From an uncultured delta proteobacterium (GTDB lineage Bacteria; Myxococcota_A; Polyangia; Fen-1088), in NCBI GenBank assembly GCA_963767925.1, contig CAVYGB010000008.1, positions 2,432,001 through 2,496,000 on the forward strand: DNA of 64,000 bases, written 5' to 3'. The position numbers were made by a program, and so were the translations under genes. The notes under the pieces were generated by a model that had not been told where the DNA came from, did not search any database, and saw only the letters and a program-made list of their open reading frames with translations. Below are positions 54,071 to 64,000 of this stretch, piece by piece. Position 1 is the first letter of the stretch. Each line of letters opens with the position of its first letter.

Positions 54071-54166
54071 GACACCCTCGTCTCATAGCGCCCGATCATT
54101 CGATCGGCAATCCCGCTGGCGGATCTCGGTGGCGGCGGTCGTGCGTCAAGCCGCACGCCCGCCGGG

Positions 54167-55303
54167 CTACTCCGCCGAGGGCTCGGCGTTGACCAGCTCG
54201 GGCGTGCGCGGCACCGGGGGACGGGTGCGGGCCTGCGGCCGGCCTGGCCGATCGGCCTTGTCCGGCAGGTCGATGGCGACCTTGCGACCGGTCTCCGCCG
54301 CTTCCAGGATGGCGCGGATGATGCGCACGTCGTGCAGGCCCTCCCAGCCCGAGGGCTCGGGCTCCTCGTCGCGCAGCACGCAGCGGGCGAGATATTCGAT
54401 CTCGGGCGCGATCTGATCGCGCTTGCCGAATCGGCGCTTCTTGATCTTGTCGCCGATGCGGGCCTCGAGCGACATCGGCATGGCGTATTCATAGGCCGGG
54501 TCGAGCCGCAGCGAACCGCGGGTGCCGCCGAGCTCGTACCAGCCGCTGTCGGCCGCACCGAAGCTGGCGGTGAAGGTGGCGAGGCGCTCCTCCGGGAAGC
54601 GCAAGGTGACCGCCACCTGCTCCTCGATCTCGGCGAAGCGCCCGTCGTCGGAGCGGGTGGCGGTGGCGGCGACCACCTCGGTCGGCTCCTGTCCGAACAG
54701 GTAGCGGGCGGCGTTGATGCAATAGACGCCGATGTCGTAGAGGGGCCCCCCTCCCTCGTCGGTCGGCAGCGTGCGAACGTTGCCCGCCTTGACCGGCAAG
54801 GAGAACACCGAGGAGAAGTAGCGCAGGTCCCCCAGCTTGCCCTTTCGGGCCAGGTCGACCGCCGTGAGGTTGGCCGCCTCGAAGTGCAGCCGGTAGGCGA
54901 TCATCAGCTTGACCCTGGCCTCCTGGCAGGCGGCGATCATCTCCCGGCAGTCCGCCTCGCTCGGGGCCATCGGCTTCTCGCACAGGACGTGCACGCCGGC
55001 GCGGGCGGCCCGCACGGTGAAGTCCTTGTGCAGGTGGTTGGGCACCGTCAGGTAGACGGCGTCGACCGCGCCGCTGGCGAGGAGCGCGTCGTATTCGTCG
55101 TAGCCCACCACCTGGCGCACCCGGTACTTCTTGCCCAGCCGCCTTCGTTTCCGGGCGTCGTCGGAGAACAGCGCCACGAGCTGGCTGTTCTTTCGGGCAT
55201 GGGCGAAGGCCGGCAGGACCGCCGCCTGGGCAAAGTGGCCCAGCCCGACCACCGCCCACTTCACCCGCTGGTCGCTCTTCTGGTTTCCTCGTGCCTTTGC
55301 CAT
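54167..55303 (-). CDS. Gfo/Idh/MocA-family oxidoreductase (glucose-fructose oxidoreductase-like)
   Basis: VVGLGHFA, VPNHLH, HVLCEKPM, GGPLYDIGVYC. Confidence 0.9.
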   Translation of the reverse strand: MAKARGNQKSDQRVKWAVVGLGHFAQAAVLPAFAHARKNSQLVALFSDDARKRRRLGKKYRVRQVVGYDEYDALLASGAVDAVYLTVPNHLHKDFTVRAARAGVHVLCEKPMAPSEADCREMIAACQEARVKLMIAYRLHFEAANLTAVDLARKGKLGDLRYFSSVFSLPVKAGNVRTLPTDEGGGPLYDIGVYCINAARYLFGQEPTEVVAATATRSDDGRFAEIEEQVAVTLRFPEERLATFTASFGAADSGWYELGGTRGSLRLDPAYEYAMPMSLEARIGDKIKKRRFGKRDQIAPEIEYLARCVLRDEEPEPSGWEGLHDVRIIRAILEAAETGRKVAIDLPDKADRPGRPQARTRPPVPRTPELVNAEPSAE

Positions 55304-55333
55304 GACGTCACCTCTCTCCTGGGTCGTCCGCGC

Positions 55334-59056
<3,723 letters not shown>

Positions 59057-59234
59057 GATAACAACGTGGGGCGCCAACCTCGTCAGGGCAAGGCGGTAGC
59101 GCGGCGGGGCGCTGAAATTAGGTCTGGTGCCGGGCGCCAGGACCGGTGACCAGGTAGTGTCCCCAACAGGGTCCCCACCCGCCCGGAGGTCTGCCGGGAC
59201 TGCCCGGCTGGTCGCTCGTGTATGCCCTGTCGTT

Positions 59235-59867
59235 CTAGGGCGTGGGGCCAGCGCAGATCGGGACGGCGGGTGAATGGCAGCGGTTCGGGCCGGAGGCGCC
59301 CGAGCCGGCGCACATGCCCCAGCTCGCCAGCGCGGCCAGGGACGGCACCGGCAAGGCGACGGCGGCGCACACCGGGTCCTCGTCGATCTCGCCCGACGCC
59401 AGCGGCCCTCCAGGCAGCAGACACGCTGCCAGCGGGGCCAGCCGGCTGGAGGCGCCCGCGCTCACGCCGGCGAAGTTGCGGCCGGCGTCGGTCCACCAGC
59501 CCAGGAACAGGACCGCAACGAGGGCCGCCAGGCCGCCCTGTGAGCTGTGCGATCCCCGGGCGCCTGCCGCGCCCCGCGTGGCCGGGATGATCGGGACGGG
59601 AGCCGGGGCGGCCGGCGCGGCCGCCGGGGCCGGACGCCTGGTCGAGAGCGGGACCACCTCGGCCAGGGGCCGGCGCACCGAAGGCCAGAGCGCGGCCAGC
59701 GCCTCCTCGGCCGCCGCCTCTGCCGCCAGCGCCCGCGCGCAGGGGGCACAGGCCGCCACGTGCTCCTCGAACCGCTGCCGGGCGGTCGGAGCCAGCGCAT
59801 CGATCACGAAGCGCGCGATGTCGTCGGCGGCGGGGTGATCGCCCACGGACTGCTCCTGGCGACTCAT
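59235..59867 (-). CDS. Anti-sigma factor (zf-HC2/ZAS motif, one TM, Cys-rich C-terminus)
   Basis: FEEHVAACAPC; TM LAALVAVLFLGWW; start overlaps the sigma factor stop codon. Confidence 0.7.
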   Translation of the reverse strand: MSRQEQSVGDHPAADDIARFVIDALAPTARQRFEEHVAACAPCARALAAEAAAEEALAALWPSVRRPLAEVVPLSTRRPAPAAAPAAPAPVPIIPATRGAAGARGSHSSQGGLAALVAVLFLGWWTDAGRNFAGVSAGASSRLAPLAACLLPGGPLASGEIDEDPVCAAVALPVPSLAALASWGMCAGSGASGPNRCHSPAVPICAGPTP

Positions 59868-60487
59868 CCCGGCTCCTCCTCACCGAGGGCGCGGCGCAGG
59901 CGCTTGCGCACCTCGAACACGATCTGCTTGACCCGCTGGACCGACAGGCCGACCCGGGATGCCACCTCGGCGTAGCCGAGGTCGGGGTGGTCGTAGACCA
60001 GCTCGAAGACCCGGCGGGCGCCCGCCGGACAGTCGGCCAGCTCCCGCTCCACCCGGGCCAGGCGCTCCCGCCCGATCACCGACTCCTCGGCCGTGTGGTG
60101 GCAGGCCGGCTCGGCGGCATCGCCGATCGCCGTCAGGGTCCCATCCGAGCCGTCCGAGCCACCCCGGCCCCTCCGGTGATCGTTGGCTGCCAGGTAGCCA
60201 GCCTGCACGATGGCCAGCCCGGGCAGGACGAGCGCGCCAAGCCGGCCGGCGCGCTGCTGTTCCATGAGGCGCAACCAGGTCTCCTGGGCCAGCTCGCGGG
60301 CCCGCTCCAGGGGGATCCCCCGGGCCAGGATTGTCACCAGCACCCGGTGCTGATGCCGCGCGATGAGCACCGCCCAGGCCGCCGGGTCCCCGGACAGCGC
60401 GGCACGCTCTGCGTCGGCGTCCACGGGCGGATCGCCCGGCCGGGGGCCGTCGTCGGCGAAGGGCATCGTCCGGAGGCGGGCGCTCAT
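59864..60487 (-). CDS. ECF sigma-70 factor; start approximate
   Basis: GDPAAWAVLIARH, ARELAQETWLRL (region 2); YAEVASRVGLSVQRVK...RKRLR (region 4). Confidence 0.8.
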   Translation of the reverse strand: MSARLRTMPFADDGPRPGDPPVDADAERAALSGDPAAWAVLIARHQHRVLVTILARGIPLERARELAQETWLRLMEQQRAGRLGALVLPGLAIVQAGYLAANDHRRGRGGSDGSDGTLTAIGDAAEPACHHTAEESVIGRERLARVERELADCPAGARRVFELVYDHPDLGYAEVASRVGLSVQRVKQIVFEVRKRLRRALGEEEPG

Positions 60488-60650
60488 CCTCTCTGGATTA
60501 GAACACGCGGCCACCCCGAAGGTATCGATCCCCCCGAACGACGCGGCGAGGGAGCCGCTCGAGCACGCTTTGCCTACATGGCGGGGGGGCGCCGGAACGG
60601 CGTCCTAACCGTGTTCGAGGTTCTGTCGTGAGGCACTACTATCGGGCCCC

Positions 60651-61748
60651 ATGCTCGGCAGCGCCTGGCTCGAATGGTACGCCATCTTCGCGGAGGTCCC
60701 CACCTACCTGCTCGTCGCCCTGGCCGTGATGTGCGGGCTGCTGCTGGTGAGGCTCACCGAGAAGCGGATGATCAGCCGCTGGAGACGGAGCGCCGCCGCC
60801 ACCCCGGGGAACCTCGACGACGTCCTCGTCGAGGTGCTCGAACGGGCGCTGCTGCCGCTCATCTACTACGGGGTGTTCGCCCTGGGGATCCACTACCTCG
60901 ACCTGCCCCCCTGGGTGGGACGGGCGGTCAACTTCGTCGGGGTGGCGCTTGTCGCGTTTTACGGGGCCCGGGTCGCCACCAGCATCATCTCCCACGCCGT
61001 GAACCGGGCGCCGCTGGAAGGGGTGAGCGACCTGCGCCGCGTCCGGGTGGCGGTGCCGATCGTCCAGGTCGCGGTCTGGGGCCTGGCCCTCATCTTCCTG
61101 CTCGACAACCTGGGTGTGCAGATCGGCGCGGTGATAGCCGGCCTCGGCATCGGCGGCATCGCCGTCGCCCTCGCCGCCCAGACCATCCTCGGCGACCTGT
61201 TCAGCTACGTGGCCATCGTGTTCGATCACCCCTTTTCCATCGGGGACGTCATCGTCGTCGACACCTTCACCGGCACGGTCGAGCACATCGGCATCAAGAC
61301 CACCCGCGTGCGCAGCTCGAGCGGAGAGCTGATCGTGTTCGGCAACTCCAACCTCATGGGCGCCCGCATCCGGAACTTCCGCTCGATGAGCCGGCGGCGG
61401 GTGCTCTTCACCTTCGGCCTGGCCTACGAGACGCCCACCGAGACGCTCGAGCGGATCCCGGCAGCCGTCCGGGAGATCGTCGCCGCCCACCCCGCGCTGA
61501 CCGTCGACCGGGCCCACTTCCTGGCCTTCGGGCCGGCCAGCCTGGACTTCGAGGTCGTCTACTTCGTGGACCGACCCGACTTCAACTACTACATGGACGT
61601 GCAGCAGGCCATCAACCTCGCGCTCCTCCGGCGCTTCCAGCAGATGGGCGTCCAGCTCGCGGCCGCGGCCAAGGCCACCACCGCCCCCGCCCCCACCAAG
61701 CCGCCGGAACCAGCGCCGGCGCCCGCCCCCGCGCCAGCCGCCCGCTGA
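60651..61748 (+). CDS. MscS-family mechanosensitive channel
   Basis: AGLGIGGIAVALAAQ, PFSIGDVI, GTVEHIGIKTTRVR, FGPASLDFEV. Confidence 0.9.
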   Translation: MLGSAWLEWYAIFAEVPTYLLVALAVMCGLLLVRLTEKRMISRWRRSAAATPGNLDDVLVEVLERALLPLIYYGVFALGIHYLDLPPWVGRAVNFVGVALVAFYGARVATSIISHAVNRAPLEGVSDLRRVRVAVPIVQVAVWGLALIFLLDNLGVQIGAVIAGLGIGGIAVALAAQTILGDLFSYVAIVFDHPFSIGDVIVVDTFTGTVEHIGIKTTRVRSSSGELIVFGNSNLMGARIRNFRSMSRRRVLFTFGLAYETPTETLERIPAAVREIVAAHPALTVDRAHFLAFGPASLDFEVVYFVDRPDFNYYMDVQQAINLALLRRFQQMGVQLAAAAKATTAPAPTKPPEPAPAPAPAPAAR

Positions 61749-61749
61749 C

Positions 61750-62757
61750 TCAGCCGGGACCGGCCGACCAGTCGAGGTTCGATCCGAACCCGGGCCGGTC
61801 GAGCGCCAGCCGCGACGGCGACGGCCCGAGCAGGGAGGAGGCGCCGCCGGCAAATGGCGCCAGGTCGTTGGGCGCGTCCGGGCAATAGATCGCCGCGAGC
61901 TGCCGGGCCTGCTCGCGCCCCGGACCGACCTCGTACATCCCGCCGAAATACACGACGACGGTGTCGACGGCGGCGGCGGCCTCGCCCGCCGGGAGCGCGC
62001 CATCCAGCCCCCGCAGCAGCTCGAGGAACCCGCCCATGCGGGGGGCCTTGAGGTTGACCCGCTCGCCCCGCCCGAGGGCCGCCCGCACGTCGGCCGCGCG
62101 CGCCAGCGGCCGATCGCGGGCGATGTGCGGGTGCCGGCATCCGTCGGGCGGATCCTCGAAGATCACCTGCGGAAAGGCCGCCGAGCAGCGCCGGGCGAGC
62201 GCCGGCGCCCCCTGCTCCTTCCAGTCGAGGATGATCAGCCGTCCACCGACCTGCGCGGCGAGCCCGGACAGCACGCCTTCGGTCCAGCCCGGGTGGACGT
62301 CGAGCTTCAGCTCGGGGCGGCCGGCAGGCAGCGCGCCGAGCGGATCCTCCTGGGGACCGAACGAGGCCACCCAGCGCAGCCGCCCCTCCCCCACCCGGCA
62401 CAGGTCGGCGAGCGCGAGCCCGCCCTGGCGCAGGGCCAGGTCGAGCAGCGCCCCTTCCAGCGCCGTCCGCTCGTGCGGCGCCGCCGCCCCCGCGCCGGCG
62501 AGCAGATCCTCCACCCTGCCCTGCCGGCCGGCGAGCAACCCTGGCGCGCGCGCCGCGAACCGCGCGTGCTCGAGCTCGGAGAACGAGACCAGCTCACCGG
62601 CGCCGGTGTGCCCGCCGCCCGCCAGCTCGACGAAGGTGGCGGGGCGACCCGGGTCCCCGTAGCCGGGCAGCGGCACGAAGGCGAACCGGCACCCCACCCG
62701 ATCCACCTGCACCGGGAGCGCCCCCAGGGTCCGGGCGAGGGCGCCGGGACGCAACAA
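61750..62757 (-). CDS. Enolase-superfamily protein (OSBS/epimerase-like); start approximate
   Basis: ALLDLALRQ, ELKLD, LDWK, FEDP, ARDRP, VNLKAPRMG, GGMYEVG. Confidence 0.65.
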   Translation of the reverse strand: MLRPGALARTLGALPVQVDRVGCRFAFVPLPGYGDPGRPATFVELAGGGHTGAGELVSFSELEHARFAARAPGLLAGRQGRVEDLLAGAGAAAPHERTALEGALLDLALRQGGLALADLCRVGEGRLRWVASFGPQEDPLGALPAGRPELKLDVHPGWTEGVLSGLAAQVGGRLIILDWKEQGAPALARRCSAAFPQVIFEDPPDGCRHPHIARDRPLARAADVRAALGRGERVNLKAPRMGGFLELLRGLDGALPAGEAAAAVDTVVVYFGGMYEVGPGREQARQLAAIYCPDAPNDLAPFAGGASSLLGPSPSRLALDRPGFGSNLDWSAGPG

Positions 62758-62759
62758 CG

Positions 62760-64000
62760 CTACACGTCCTGGGCGCAGCGAAAGCCGGCGAAGATCTGGC
62801 GCCGCTCGGGGAAGTCCCAGTTCCGCATGGTGTTGCGGGCCACGATGGCCGCCGTCGCGAACGAGCCGCCCCGCAGGACCCGGTAGCTGTCGCCGAAGAA
62901 GATCTCCGAATATTGCGGGTAGGGATAGCTCACGAACCCCGGGTAGGGGGAAAACGGGCTCGCGGTCCATTCCCACACGTCGCCCAGCATCTGCAGGCAG
63001 CCGTAGGGGCTGCGACCGTCGGCGTAGCTGCCGGCGATCTGCGGCTCGAGACACCGTTGATCAAGGTTGGCCCGGGTGGCGTCGGGCGGATCGTCTCCCC
63101 AGGGATGTCGCCGGCTCACCCCGCGGGCCACGTCCCAGGCCGCGGCCTTCTCCCACTCGGCTTCGCTGGGCAGGCGCTTGCCTGCCCAGCGGGCGAAGGC
63201 GCTGGCCTCGTGCCAGCTCACGTGCACGACCGGGCGGCCGAGGTCGATCGGGCCCGGGCGGCCGAACACGACCGCGCAGAAGCGGCGCGCCTCCCGCCGC
63301 CAGTGGCGGGGCGCCTCCGCCCGTTCGCTCTCGCGCCAGCGCCAGCCGACCTCCGACCAGAGCTCGCGCCGGCGGTAGCCGCCGTCCTCGATGAACTGGA
63401 GGTAGCGCCCGTTGGTGACGGGGATGACGTCCAGACGGAAGGCGGGGACCTCTACCGTGTGGGCGGGCCGCTCGTTGTCATAGGCCCAGGCCCGATCGTC
63501 GGTGCCCATGGTGAAGGGGCCTGCCGGGACCAGCACGCTGTCGGCCAGCGGCGCCGGAGTCACCAGGGGGGGCGTGAGCTGCTCCACGAAGGCGGGCTGG
63601 TAGTGGGAGATCCTCGCGCAGCGAGATGGCCTGCAACATGGTCTCCTGGTGCTGGGCCTCGTGCTGGGCCACCATGTTCACGACGAACCCGCCGTTGAGC
63701 AGGCCCCCGTCGGGCGGCGCGGCCGGCTGCTGGCGGGATCCCCACTTGCGGGCGAGCCCCGCGTAGACCTGCCGGCGGACGTCGTCCATCGCCCGGCGGG
63801 TCTCGGCCGCGGTGGGCAGGGGCAGATCCTGGCGCTGGGCTCGGGGGGTGACCAGCGGATCGTACATGCGCTCGAGCCCCTCGCCGGTCTCGGCTTCGGC
63901 AGCGGCCTCCGGCTCCGGCTCGGGCTCGGGCGGCAGCTCGGCCCCACCCTCTTCGGCCAGCCGGCGCACCAGCCAGAGCTTCTCGAAGCTGGCCACGTGG
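62760..64000 (-). CDS. egtB: Ergothioneine biosynthesis sulfoxide synthase EgtB-like (DinB_2 plus FGE-sulfatase); 5' end off window, frameshift near 63600
   Basis: HVASFEKLWL, QHEAQHQETMLQ, AYDNERPAH, RLPSEAEWEKAA, GDVWEW, RNWDFPERRQIFAGFRCA. Confidence 0.8.

Overview
Very GC-rich bacterial chromosomal DNA. The gene content points to Myxococcota: pilB-pilT-pilC-pilS, an AgmX/PglI-like protein, a ~2,600-aa TPR protein, membrane Ser/Thr kinases and a MYXO-CTERM-type protein. About 50 genes are supportable. They include a FucP-like permease with an HSD17B14-like SDR, a DUF4912-GH57-GlgA glycogen operon, a kinase/PAP2/TPR block, rmuC with a single-HKD PLD, type IV pilus genes, two-component genes, formamidase, tRNA-Gly(CCC), NhaA, a GlgX-MalQ fusion, an ECF sigma/anti-sigma pair, MscS and egtB. 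I found no integrase, transposase, prophage or CRISPR array. Frameshifts cluster in patches (about 2.3-4.6, 18.7, 30.9-33.3 and 63.6 kb) and look like assembly indels. The most notable observations are: (1) two divergent RNA polymerase omega (rpoZ) paralogs 22 kb apart; (2) two copies of a ~165-bp palindromic, CTAG-ended MITE-like element sitting on stop codons between convergent genes; (3) a 14-unit GASExxxx octapeptide repeat tail on the DUF4912 protein heading the glycogen operon; (4) an SDR closely resembling animal HSD17B14 next to a fucose-type permease. All family assignments are by eye from motifs, with no database searches run.
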